A model generated the notes under the pieces. It made no database searches. It saw only the letters and a program-made list of their open reading frames with translations, and had not been told where the DNA came from. Of a DNA stretch of 20,000 nucleotides, positions 7,479-15,773 are shown in pieces. The position numbers were made by a program, and so were the translations under genes. The DNA is taken from the IMG/VR virus record IMGVR_UViG_3300020577_012118; one strand, given 5' to 3'. Position 1 is the stretch's first letter. The number at the start of each line of letters is the position of its first letter. Origin of the DNA: an uncultured virus (IMG/VR IMGVR_UViG_3300020577_012118) (taxonomy: Duplodnaviria; Heunggongvirae; Uroviricota; Caudoviricetes).

Positions 7479-10309
7479 AGCTCGATCCCCATGGCCGCCA
7501 GTTCGTCCGCCAGGTCGTCCAACTCCTCGCCCATGTCCTCGCCGTCGAGGCGGGCCTCCAAGGCTTCGAGCATGTCTTCGTACTCGTCGCGGTCCGGCTC
7601 CTTGGCCCGGCCCGTCGCCTTGCGCTTCACCTCCGCCCCGCTCGTCACCTTCTGCCACGCCCTCACGCCCCCGTCCTCCTTGATGTTGTCGGCCAGCGAC
7701 TTGGCCAGCGCCATCTCGATGTTACTATCGTCGCCTGCCATGGCCGCCAGGCCCTCGCTGGAGAAGTTCCCTTCCAGCGCCTGGGCCGCGGCCATCTTCT
7801 TGCCCATCAGGGCCATGGCCCTGGTCTGCATCGAGTCGGAGTAGCTCATGTACGCCACCTTGCACATCTTCTTCTGCCCGATCCGCCAGGCGCGTCGGGC
7901 CGCCTGGCGGAGCGTGAACAGCGAATACCCCGTCTGGTAGAAGAGGATCGAGCAGTAGTTGTGGCCGGTCGCCGGGTTGAAGAAATCCAACCCCGTCTGC
8001 ACCAGCTGCGGGTGCGAGATGATCACGTCATGGTCCTTTCCGTGGGCGTCGATCCACGCCTCACGATCCCGGGGGCTGACCTTGGCACGCATCACGGCGA
8101 CCCGCAGGCCGGCCGCCTTCATGAACCGTTCGAGGCGGGCGATACAGTCGCGCTTGTCGGTGTAGACCGCGTACACCCACGCCTGCCGCCCGGCGTCGCG
8201 CTCCTTGACGCACCACTCGACGGCCGCCTTCTCCTTCGGACGCATGACCGACGGGTCGAGGTTCTCAGGCACGGTCACCGTGACCCATCGCCTCTCGCCC
8301 ATCCCGCTGGCGCTGTCCTCGTCGTCCTCGTAGTAGCCGATCGCCTCCCAGTCGTAGGGGTAGTCCGGGTAGCACAGCAGGCAGTTGAGCATGCTTCCCA
8401 GCGCCTTGCGGCCGCCCTTCTTCATCATGTCCTTGATGGCTTGCGTGATGTCGCGATCGACCTTCTCGTAGGCCGCCCGCTGCTCGTCGTCCATCGGAAC
8501 CTCGATGGGCTCCTCGTCGAGGACGGGGAGGTTTTCTGCGACCTCCGCCAGGGACAAGAAGACGCACGACCCCATCAGGTGCCGGAACAGCGTCGGCATG
8601 ATTCCCGGGCGGGTGTACTTGGTGGTCGTCACCCCCTTCTTCGACCGCCCGTAGGTCATGCCCTTGCCCAGGTCGTCGGGCCGGTTGTCCTCCTTGAACT
8701 TGACCTTCTCCTCGATCCTGCCGAACTCCTCGTCGAAGCTCTGCTTGGCGTCCCACTCGTGCCCGGCTTCGATCAGGGACTGGGCGACGCCCATCCGGTA
8801 CAGCCCGCAGCGGACGTGCCAGGCGTAGCCGCCGACGAGCGTGCCGGTCAGGCCGATGCACTTGCGGACGGCGGCCGCCACGTCCCCCATGGCGTCGCCC
8901 TGGAGCGAGTCGTCCCCCTTGTACTCGTGGGCCTCGTCGAAGATGGCGATGTCCCAGAAGCCGCGGAGCCGCCGGTTGATGATCTCCGCCGGCGAGTACC
9001 GGGCCGGCTTGGGGATCGACTGCCAGAGTTGTTCGCCGCAGCGGTGACACTCCTTGCGGCTGGAACCCTTGGCGAAATACTTGTCCGGGATGGGGATCGT
9101 CTTGTTCGACTTCATCGTCAACACGCACCCGCAACCCGGACAGCGGTAGCGCCCGCCCTTCTCGCCCAGCGTCTTCTCCTTGACGTAGGCGTGCCGCCAC
9201 TCGCTGCCCAGCTTGAGCTTGTCCTTGCCGATGACGTAGTAGGTGTACCCCTCGCACGTCTCGTAGCACGACTTGCGGGTGCGCAGCCCCTCGTTGATGA
9301 TGGCCAACTCCTCGTTCGCCTGGTCGTCCTTGCCCTCCTTGCGCAGCTGGTACATCCGGTCGCCCCACTTGGGGAGGTCCCGCGAGATCGGCAGCAGTTC
9401 GCGGTACCGCCTGTTGTGCTCGTCCTTGCCGACGTTGAACTTCCGCCGGCGTTCGGCGTGCTGCCGGGCCAGGGCGAGGAGTTGGGCGTAGGAGTCGATC
9501 ACGTACACCGTCGCCCCGGGCACCGTCTTCTGCACCTCGCGGACCCACTTGTCCACGAGCGTCGTCGGGCAGACGACGAGCGCCCGGTAGCTGCCCTTGC
9601 AGACGTTGCGGAAGACGCGCGGCGAGTGGAGCACCCACTCCTGGGCCTTCTTGCCGGCCGCCTTCATGGCGACGCCGGCTGCCCCCGCCATGACGGCCGC
9701 ACGGTGCGGGCTGCCGGCCTCCATCCCCTTGTGGCTGACGACCCGCCCCTTGTACTCGCCGGCGGGCGTCACCTCCCAGCACGTGGCCTTGCGGTTCCAC
9801 ACGGGCGTCAGGCCCGGCACCCCGATCGTGTTGCCTCCGCCGTTGACGTAGCGCTTTCCGCGGTACGTGAACGGCTGGATTCGTATCGTGCCGTGTTTGT
9901 GGTCGCCGGGCGACGTGTGCGCCTTCTCGATCTCCGCGTAGAGCGCCTCGCCGACGTCGATGTACGGGCCGTAGGTCTTGACGTCCTTGGCCTCGCCGTC
10001 GGCCGGGAAGAACCGCCTGGCGTGATTCGTGTAGCGTTCCAGGCCGTAGCCGTGAGCCGCCCCGATCGCCATGATCGTCTTGCCGGTGCCCATCTCCGCC
10101 GTCGGCTGCACGGCCTTGGCCCGGCGGAGTTGCTTGATGGAGGCTTCGATCACGTGCTTCTGGGCGTCGAACGGCTCACGCATCAGGCCCAGATCTCGCA
10201 CCTTGTCCCGCCCGGGGACGTGCAGAGGGGCCAGCGTCTTACGGGCCTTGTCGGCGAGGATGTCGCCGTACTCCATCAGGAAATCGTCGAGCGTCTTGCA
10301 GTTGAACAT
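7475..10309 (-). CDS. SF2 (SNF2-like/DEAH) helicase with zinc ribbon
   Basis: Motif I AEMGTGKT, Ia VVCPTTLVDKW, II DEAHE, III LTGT, V VQTGLD, VI QAARRAWRIGQ. Also CPGCG...CHRCGE. Confidence 0.9.
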   Translation of the reverse strand: MFNCKTLDDFLMEYGDILADKARKTLAPLHVPGRDKVRDLGLMREPFDAQKHVIEASIKQLRRAKAVQPTAEMGTGKTIMAIGAAHGYGLERYTNHARRFFPADGEAKDVKTYGPYIDVGEALYAEIEKAHTSPGDHKHGTIRIQPFTYRGKRYVNGGGNTIGVPGLTPVWNRKATCWEVTPAGEYKGRVVSHKGMEAGSPHRAAVMAGAAGVAMKAAGKKAQEWVLHSPRVFRNVCKGSYRALVVCPTTLVDKWVREVQKTVPGATVYVIDSYAQLLALARQHAERRRKFNVGKDEHNRRYRELLPISRDLPKWGDRMYQLRKEGKDDQANEELAIINEGLRTRKSCYETCEGYTYYVIGKDKLKLGSEWRHAYVKEKTLGEKGGRYRCPGCGCVLTMKSNKTIPIPDKYFAKGSSRKECHRCGEQLWQSIPKPARYSPAEIINRRLRGFWDIAIFDEAHEYKGDDSLQGDAMGDVAAAVRKCIGLTGTLVGGYAWHVRCGLYRMGVAQSLIEAGHEWDAKQSFDEEFGRIEEKVKFKEDNRPDDLGKGMTYGRSKKGVTTTKYTRPGIMPTLFRHLMGSCVFLSLAEVAENLPVLDEEPIEVPMDDEQRAAYEKVDRDITQAIKDMMKKGGRKALGSMLNCLLCYPDYPYDWEAIGYYEDDEDSASGMGERRWVTVTVPENLDPSVMRPKEKAAVEWCVKERDAGRQAWVYAVYTDKRDCIARLERFMKAAGLRVAVMRAKVSPRDREAWIDAHGKDHDVIISHPQLVQTGLDFFNPATGHNYCSILFYQTGYSLFTLRQAARRAWRIGQKKMCKVAYMSYSDSMQTRAMALMGKKMAAAQALEGNFSSEGLAAMAGDDSNIEMALAKSLADNIKEDGGVRAWQKVTSGAEVKRKATGRAKEPDRDEYEDMLEALEARLDGEDMGEELDDLADELAAMGIEL

Positions 10310-10329
10310 CGCACTCTCCCTATAGAAAG

Positions 10330-10355
10330 GGCCGTTTGCCCATGGGCAAACGGCC
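10330..10355. repeat. Palindrome copy 2 (core TTTGCCCATGGGCAAA at 10335-10350, extends to 26 bp)
   Basis: GGCCGTTTGCCCATGGGCAAACGGCC, intergenic, just upstream of the helicase RBS. Confidence 0.9.
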
Positions 10356-10376
10356 TTACCCGTCGTCGCGGACCCG

Positions 10377-10979
10377 TCACTTCTTGGCCTTGGCCTCCAA
10401 CTCCTTCCTCCGCCGCTCCGAACGCAGATGCGAGACGATCTCCTTCCGCCGTGCGGGCGTCGTCGGGGCGAGCAGGAGGTCCGGCGTCAGGCCGTCGAGC
10501 AGGGCGCACAGCGAGTCAAGCATCGACGTGAAGGAAACCATGCCCGGCTCGTACTTGGCGATCGGCGGCAGGAGTCCCTTGGCCCGCTTCCTCTGCTCAC
10601 GCTTCGACGGATCGACGTCGGCACAGTGGTCGAGCATGAACTCGAACACCTCTTCCGGGACGTTCGAGCATTCGGGTCCGGACCCTTCGGCGATCGACAG
10701 TTCGCCGAACCAGTAGAAGTTCGACCGGCCCTCGTTGAACCAGTAGTAGGGGCACAGCTTGCCGATCATCAGGTACTCCAGGCGGGCCAGCTGTTCGGCC
10801 CCGGGGTAGCCGATTTGGTGGTCGTCCATGTGGTCACGCAGGGCGAGCATCGCCAGGGCCTTCGACAGGTCGGCGTCCACGCCCGCCTCCGCGGCCGCCT
10901 TAGCGGCTTCGGTGAACTCCTCCGCCGCGTCCTTGAGCATCTGCTGCTGCACCCGATCGAGTTGTTCGAAGAACATCAC
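10377..10979 (-). CDS. Hypothetical protein (~200 aa)
   Basis: AAGGGGGAG RBS, helical composition. The start could be 10976. Confidence 0.75.
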   Translation of the reverse strand: MMFFEQLDRVQQQMLKDAAEEFTEAAKAAAEAGVDADLSKALAMLALRDHMDDHQIGYPGAEQLARLEYLMIGKLCPYYWFNEGRSNFYWFGELSIAEGSGPECSNVPEEVFEFMLDHCADVDPSKREQRKRAKGLLPPIAKYEPGMVSFTSMLDSLCALLDGLTPDLLLAPTTPARRKEIVSHLRSERRRKELEAKAKK

Positions 10980-10991
10980 ATCTCCCCCTTG

Positions 10992-11615
10992 TCAGTCCGC
11001 GACGCGGACAGTCCCCTTCTTCACCAGGTCCATAGCCACTTCGTCGAGATACTTGTCGTCGGCCAGCACCAGGGCGGCGTTGATCGGGCCGCGGTTGCCG
11101 GCGTCCACGATCCTCTGGTCCTTCTCCATCCGGGCGACCACTTCGGCCAGCCAACGCTCGTCGAGCGGCGTCGTGGTGTGAAGCTGCAAGTAACGCCAGA
11201 CGGCCTGGTGGCAGCGGTTGACCAGAAGCGTCTTGCGCTTGCTGATCGCCACCAGGTGGAAGTGCCCGTCGCCGACCGCCTTGGTTCTGACGGCGTAACC
11301 TTCGGAGTCGGCACCCGACGTCTCCGTCCGGCCCTGCTTGCCGGCCTTCTCGAACGGGCAGTAGTGGAACTGGATGCCCCGCCCGACCTGGAGAGCCGCC
11401 CGGAAGGCCCGGACCTCCGTGCTGGTGCCGATCGCCGACATCACGAGCAGCGAGCGGGTGTAGCTCGTGTCGATGGCCACGCGATCGACACGCAGGCTGA
11501 ACCCGCACGCCTCCGACTCGATCGTCAGCTTGCCGATGACCCCGGGGTGGCCGGGGCGGGGAACCCGGGAGACTTTGCCGCCAGGTACGCCCGGTAAATC
11601 CTTGGTCTCGACCAT
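10992..11615 (-). CDS. Hypothetical protein, possibly the partner gene of DUF6094-MTase/helicase loci
   Basis: Globular-looking ORF (MSAIGTSTEVRAFRAAL...TTTPLDERW). Start is uncertain and overlaps the recombinase 3' end. Confidence 0.65.
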   Translation of the reverse strand: MVETKDLPGVPGGKVSRVPRPGHPGVIGKLTIESEACGFSLRVDRVAIDTSYTRSLLVMSAIGTSTEVRAFRAALQVGRGIQFHYCPFEKAGKQGRTETSGADSEGYAVRTKAVGDGHFHLVAISKRKTLLVNRCHQAVWRYLQLHTTTPLDERWLAEVVARMEKDQRIVDAGNRGPINAALVLADDKYLDEVAMDLVKKGTVRVAD

Positions 11616-12301
11616 TTCTTGCCCTTTCCCGTGAGGATGCCGGCCGCCATGAAGGCGAGCCAAATCTGATCGAACGTCTTGCCTTCTTCCTCGTGCAGAC
11701 GCACCACCTGGTGCATCGCATCGACCTCGCGGTCGTCCCAGACGAGGCGCTTCTGCCCCTTCGGGCCGTCGTACCTCTGCCCCAGGCCCGGGGCACCGGC
11801 CGCACGGCCCTGGGCCTTTCGGAACTGCATGACCTCCCTGGTCCGCTCCGCGATCATCTCCCGCTCCGCCTGGGCGAACTGGGCCATGAGCCGGATATAC
11901 AGCCGGCCCGGGGCGGTGCCGGTGGTGATCTTGTCGCGGACCAGGTGGACCGTCACGCCCCGCTCGATCCAGTCCTCCAGCGTCGCCACGGCGTCACGGA
12001 AGGACCGGAAGCCGCGGGCGATGTCGAGCATGACGACGTGATCGCCGGTCCGGACCCGGGCCGCCAGTTCGCCGCCGGCGGGCCTCCTGGCGAACGGCAC
12101 CCTGCCCGACACGCCCGACCGATCTCCGGTCGTCTTGTCGATGAAGATGCCGCCGTCCGAAGTGCCCATGGGCAAATGGTCGGCCATGTACTTCGAGACC
12201 ATCGACTTCTGGCACTCGATCGAATGCCCGTCGTCCGCCTGGCCGGCCGTCGAGACCCGGACGTATCCGTAGCCGACGGGCTTCCTTGTCGTGACGCTCA
12301 C
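11525..12301 (-). CDS. Serine recombinase (resolvase/invertase family)
   Basis: Catalytic YVRVST, SGVSG...RRP, DIARGFRS, AQAEREMIAERTREVM, and a C-terminal DNA-binding region (KKWSRPRIYR). Confidence 0.9.
   Translation of the reverse strand: MSVTTRKPVGYGYVRVSTAGQADDGHSIECQKSMVSKYMADHLPMGTSDGGIFIDKTTGDRSGVSGRVPFARRPAGGELAARVRTGDHVVMLDIARGFRSFRDAVATLEDWIERGVTVHLVRDKITTGTAPGRLYIRLMAQFAQAEREMIAERTREVMQFRKAQGRAAGAPGLGQRYDGPKGQKRLVWDDREVDAMHQVVRLHEEEGKTFDQIWLAFMAAGILTGKGKKWSRPRIYRAYLAAKSPGFPAPATPGSSAS
12161..12176. repeat. Palindrome copy 3 (AGTGCCCATGGGCAAA), inside the recombinase gene
   Basis: 14/16 match to TTTGCCCATGGGCAAA. Confidence 0.75.
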
Positions 12302-12675
12302 GTTTCCCCCCTATCGTCGTCCGAGGCGACCATGACGGCGTCGTCCCACGACAGCCCCTGACGCTCGCCCTCGCCGCCGACGGGGATGGGTCCGTCGATC
12401 GCCATGTGGGGCATCAGCGACACTCTGCTCACGACCCAGGAGTCGCCGCTCTCGACGATCTCCTCCATCCACGCCGTCCCGCAACCTCCGTCACAGCGGG
12501 TGATCGAGTACATCAGGACGACCCGGTCACCATTCGCCGTCCGGACCTCGCCCCAGTCCAGCTGCTCCCAGGCCCACTCGCTTGCCCCGCAGCCCGGACA
12601 CCCGGAGCCGCGTTCGGCGACGTACCGGTTACAGGCCAAGGCCCACTGGACCTTGTTCTTCTTCAACGCTCCCAC
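12298..12675 (-). CDS. Zinc-ribbon array member 12
   Basis: KKNKVQW...CPGCGA...CDGGC. AAGGAG RBS. Confidence 0.75.
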   Translation of the reverse strand: MGALKKNKVQWALACNRYVAERGSGCPGCGASEWAWEQLDWGEVRTANGDRVVLMYSITRCDGGCGTAWMEEIVESGDSWVVSRVSLMPHMAIDGPIPVGGEGERQGLSWDDAVMVASDDDRGET

Positions 12676-12678
12676 CGT

Positions 12679-12927
12679 TCACTCCTTATGCACGGCCTCA
12701 TCGACACCCTCGACCATCACCGTTTGCCCATGGGCAGTTTCCACCGTTTCCTTCCAGAGCGCCCTGCACCGTCTGCACCGGTAGATCACTTTCCAGTGGG
12801 CGTCGCCGTCCGGGATGCCTCCCGGCCGTTCGACCTCAGTCCACATCTCCGGGAAGGCCCCGCACCCCGGGCATGCAATGGCCTTCTCGTTCAGGTAGGC
12901 GACTACCTGAACCTTGTTGAGCCTCAT
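12679..12927 (-). CDS. Zinc-ribbon array member 11
   Basis: MRLNKVQVV...CPGCGA...CRRC. GGGGAG RBS. Confidence 0.8.
   Translation of the reverse strand: MRLNKVQVVAYLNEKAIACPGCGAFPEMWTEVERPGGIPDGDAHWKVIYRCRRCRALWKETVETAHGQTVMVEGVDEAVHKE
12723..12738. repeat. Palindrome copy 4 (TTTGCCCATGGGCAGT), intragenic
   Basis: 14/16 match. Confidence 0.75.
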
Positions 12928-12960
12928 CGGCTCCCCCTTTCTGTCTCCAATGGTGAGGCA

Positions 12961-12991
12961 CCATTATCCCATAATGGCGTCTAAATGTCAA
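12961..12991 (-). promoter_or_regulatory. Sigma70-like promoter with palindromic -10 region
   Basis: TTGACA (12991-12986)-N17-GATAAT (12968-12963) with TGn extension. The -10 sits inside CCATTAT-CCC-ATAATGG. Confidence 0.75.
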
Positions 12992-13277
12992 ACGACGGGC
13001 TATATGGCGGGATGCAAGACGTGTCCGGCCTGATCTCGACCGCCGCGATCGTGTCTTGCATCCCGCCCTCGACGAAGCCGGTCGTCAAGAACCAGGACTT
13101 GCGGCAGTTGTCGCAGACGTGGCGGACGACCATCCTCGTCTCGTTCCCCATGCGGTAGGCGACCGGGGCACGCCCCGAGAACTGGCAGACGCGGGCCTGT
13201 CCGTCCGGCCCGCAGTAGGGGCACAGCGGCAGCGTGCCGATCCCCTCGACGACGCGGCAAGCGTACACCTTGTTCAC
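12981..13277 (-). CDS. Zinc-ribbon array member 10
   Basis: MNKVYACRV...CPYCG...CDNC. GTGA overlap. Confidence 0.8.
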   Translation of the reverse strand: MNKVYACRVVEGIGTLPLCPYCGPDGQARVCQFSGRAPVAYRMGNETRMVVRHVCDNCRKSWFLTTGFVEGGMQDTIAAVEIRPDTSCIPPYSPSFDI

Positions 13278-13528
13278 GCCGTGATCTCCACCAGTTCATT
13301 GTCCCGCGTTCGGTAGACCATCGCGAATTGCCGCTCGCACGACAGGCACCGCCGCGTGCAAACGTAGACCGACTCTCGCGTCTTGTGGCAGATCGCGTAC
13401 CGCGAGTCGTACCTACCGGAGTAGGTGCCCGAATGCTCGCCGCACAGTGGGCATGCGTCCATGTACTCCGGCAAGAGATGCCTCACTCTCCGGCTGTTCA
13501 TGATGCGCACCACCACCACCTTGATCAT
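13274..13528 (-). CDS. Zinc-ribbon array member 9
   Basis: MIKVVVVRI...MDACPLCG...CLSC. Strong RBS and ATGA overlap. Confidence 0.8.
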   Translation of the reverse strand: MIKVVVVRIMNSRRVRHLLPEYMDACPLCGEHSGTYSGRYDSRYAICHKTRESVYVCTRRCLSCERQFAMVYRTRDNELVEITA

Positions 13529-13791
13529 CCCTCCCTCCTTCTGTATGGCACGACGTGCGTCACGTGCGTCGTCCGCTTGACGTCGAAGTCATAACGGACG
13601 CCGACGCGGCACCTGCACGAGTACCCTACCCATTCCCCGTCGCACGTCCCTTTGTCGTTGATCATGGCCTCCCGTCCGGACGGCGTTTCGTCCGGTTCAT
13701 ACGTCCACTTGTTGCTCCTTCCGCACACGGGGCACGGAACGGTTACGAACGGCGGGCCATGTACGACCCGCACCAGGTTCGCCTTGTTCAT
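13525..13791 (-). CDS. Zinc-ribbon array member 8
   Basis: MNKANLVRV...CPVCG...CRC. ATGA overlap. Confidence 0.75.
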   Translation of the reverse strand: MNKANLVRVVHGPPFVTVPCPVCGRSNKWTYEPDETPSGREAMINDKGTCDGEWVGYSCRCRVGVRYDFDVKRTTHVTHVVPYRRREG

Positions 13792-14039
13792 GCTGTCTTG
13801 CCCTCCGGGTAGCGCTCGTCGGCGACATCGATGAACCCAGTCACCTCGCCCAGTTCGTGATCCCAGCCGACAACGAACCGGCAGCCGTTCATTCGGCACC
13901 AGTACACGCGCTGTCCGGACGGATGGCCATGCGGCGTCGCGTGCATCCGGAACGACTCGACCGTTCCGCACACCGGGCAGCGCCGGTATGGGTTGTCGTC
14001 CTTGCGTCCGAAACTCGCCCTCGTCACCTTGTTGCCCAT
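13788..14039 (-). CDS. Zinc-ribbon array member 7
   Basis: MGNKVTRAS...CPVCG...CRMNGC. AGGAGG RBS. Confidence 0.8.
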   Translation of the reverse strand: MGNKVTRASFGRKDDNPYRRCPVCGTVESFRMHATPHGHPSGQRVYWCRMNGCRFVVGWDHELGEVTGFIDVADERYPEGKTA

Positions 14040-14053
14040 GATTCCTCCTGCCG

Positions 14054-14317
14054 TCACCTTGTGGTGATCGACGTGATGACGGTCTGCTCGTACCGCCTGT
14101 TGTCGAAAAAACCCGTCGCGTAGTGCAGAACGTAGAAGCCGTTGCAGATGCGGCATCGCGTACTGACGGCGTCCTCTCGAATTTCCGGCGTCCGCCTTTC
14201 GATGCGAGCCTTGATCCGCTTCTGGTAGCCGTGCTGCCCGCAGTGCGGGCAGACGTCCATGGCGAGCGATCCTCGACGCCGGCTGATCATCCGGCACACG
14301 ATCACCTTGTTCAGCAT
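14054..14317 (-). CDS. Zinc-ribbon array member 6
   Basis: MLNKVIVCRM...MDVCPHCG...CRIC. Confidence 0.8.
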   Translation of the reverse strand: MLNKVIVCRMISRRRGSLAMDVCPHCGQHGYQKRIKARIERRTPEIREDAVSTRCRICNGFYVLHYATGFFDNRRYEQTVITSITTR

Positions 14318-14329
14318 GAGGCCCTCTGA

Positions 14330-14590
14330 CTAACTGTTCAAAGACACGTCGATGACGTCCGTGAGGTAGTAGCCGTCCCACGGGTCGAACATCTCCCGGT
14401 CGGGGCTGTAGCGGAGGACGTACCACGCATCGCACCCGCCGCAATGTGCAATGTGGCCATACTCGTTTTGCAGACGCCTTCCCATTTGCTGGTTGCACCT
14501 GATGCCGCAGCACGGGCACATCATCGTCTGGCCCAGCGTTCCGCCCAGGATGAGGACGACGGCCGGCTTCTTGAGCGTGTATCGCGTCAC
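14330..14590 (-). CDS. Zinc-ribbon array member 5
   Basis: GTG start, TRYTLKKPAVVLI...CPCCG...CGGC. GGAGGA RBS and GTGA overlap. Confidence 0.75.
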   Translation of the reverse strand: MTRYTLKKPAVVLILGGTLGQTMMCPCCGIRCNQQMGRRLQNEYGHIAHCGGCDAWYVLRYSPDREMFDPWDGYYLTDVIDVSLNS

Positions 14591-14895
14591 GCCGCGTCCT
14601 CCTGGCCGTCGATGATCTTGACGTTGGTGATAATGTTGTCGCCGCGGACCCATCCGACAAGCAGCGTCATGCCGCACCGGTCGCACCGGATTTTTGCCGC
14701 GGCGAGGACGACGCTGTCGCCTGCGTCCCAGGCGATGCACACCTGGCGTCCTTCGGTGCCTTGATGATCGACGCGACTCATGTCGCCACGCCGACAGGAC
14801 GCCGCTACGCACGCCACCCTGGGAAGGCCGTAGCGGTTGATCGGCTGGTTCATCGCGTTGACCAGTCCGACGATCAGAACCTTGCTGGCGATCAC
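14587..14895 (-). CDS. Zinc-ribbon array member 4
   Basis: GTG start, IASKVLIV...CVAASC...CDRCG. GGAGGA RBS and GTGA overlap. Confidence 0.7.
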   Translation of the reverse strand: MIASKVLIVGLVNAMNQPINRYGLPRVACVAASCRRGDMSRVDHQGTEGRQVCIAWDAGDSVVLAAAKIRCDRCGMTLLVGWVRGDNIITNVKIIDGQEDAA

Positions 14896-15164
14896 GGCTT
14901 CGCGTCCTCCGCCTCGATCCATTCGGTGCGCACCGTACCGGCCGTCCGGATGGTGATCTTGCAGCTGGCGCAAATCCACTCCGTGGCCATGTAGCTGTAA
15001 CTGCTGCCCCCCGCCGGCAGGGTCACCATCCTGTTCTTCAAGTTGTGAAGCCTGTCCTGCCGCATCAGGGGTATCATCGGCCGCACCATCGCCATCTTGG
15101 CGCACCGCGGACAGGCGAGCGGGTCACCCCTGCCGTCGGCCATGTGGTGGGCATAGCGCACCAT
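14892..15164 (-). CDS. Zinc-ribbon array member 3
   Basis: MVRY...CPRC...CASC. TGATG coupling. Start uncertain. Confidence 0.65.
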   Translation of the reverse strand: MVRYAHHMADGRGDPLACPRCAKMAMVRPMIPLMRQDRLHNLKNRMVTLPAGGSSYSYMATEWICASCKITIRTAGTVRTEWIEAEDAKP

Positions 15165-15424
15165 CAGGGGCTTGTGAAGCGGAAGCTTACGGCGACGTGG
15201 AGCGTTAGCGTTGGCGTGCCCGTCATCTCCACCTGGAACGGGCACCATCGGCATCCCATTAGCCATCCGTTGAACCCCTGGTAGACCGTGGATTCCATGT
15301 TGTTCCTGATGCACGAATATCCGGGAGTCGTCGTCTTTCGGCACGCCGGGCACTTGAGTTCCGGGAATGCCGCCGAGTCACTGTCGAAGTCCGCCACGTA
15401 GCGGCACAGAAGGATCTTGTTCAC
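15164..15424 (-). CDS. Zinc-ribbon array member 2
   Basis: MNKILLCRY...CPAC...CRWC. GAGGT RBS. Confidence 0.75.
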   Translation of the reverse strand: MNKILLCRYVADFDSDSAAFPELKCPACRKTTTPGYSCIRNNMESTVYQGFNGWLMGCRWCPFQVEMTGTPTLTLHVAVSFRFTSP

Positions 15425-15704
15425 GGCTCGACCTCTTGTTGGGGAAATGCAGTCCTGCCACGCGGTACATCCCGGGTATGCCTCTGGGCGACCACTCCAT
15501 CCGACGAGAGAAGATCCTTTCGCAGCAGTCCGTCACCATCGTGATCCACAACTCATCGGGCTTGTACTCTTCGTTGGACGGGTAGCCCTCGAAATCGTTG
15601 ACGATCCGGTACGTCATGGCGGCGTTGCCGCACATCGGGCACGTCTCCATCGCGTCATCCGTCACCGCCTGGATGCAGAAGCGGACCGCCCAGACCTTGT
15701 TCAT
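15378..15704 (-). CDS. Zinc-ribbon array member 1
   Basis: MNKVWAVRF...METCPMCG...DCC. GGAGGTG RBS. Confidence 0.8.
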   Translation of the reverse strand: MNKVWAVRFCIQAVTDDAMETCPMCGNAAMTYRIVNDFEGYPSNEEYKPDELWITMVTDCCERIFSRRMEWSPRGIPGMYRVAGLHFPNKRSSREQDPSVPLRGGLRQ

Positions 15705-15721
15705 CGGCACCTCCACGGAAA

Positions 15722-15751
15722 GGCCACGGTTGCCCGTGGGCAACCGTGGCC
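15722..15751. repeat. Palindrome copy 5 (core GTTGCCCGTGGGCAAC at 15729-15744, 14-bp arms)
   Basis: GGCCACGGTTGCCC-GT-GGGCAACCGTGGCC, directly upstream of the first array gene. Confidence 0.85.
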
Positions 15752-15773
15752 ATGTTACGACATCGCGTTCGGG

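Noticed and set aside
9597..10049. Intein in the helicase
   Set aside because: No N-terminal Cys/Ser block, no His-Asn-Cys/Ser/Thr junction and no LAGLIDADG motifs.
7961..10531. 856-aa plus-strand ORF and 511-aa alternative-frame ORF (8265-9800)
   Set aside because: Shadows of the helicase gene, with low-information composition.
11525..12301. IS607 or Tn3 transposon around the recombinase
   Set aside because: No N-terminal MerR-type HTH, tnpB or tnpA, and no terminal inverted repeats were seen.
14031..14040. GTTGCCCATG as a tenth palindrome copy
   Set aside because: Half-site only, explained by the Met-Gly-Asn start of an array gene.
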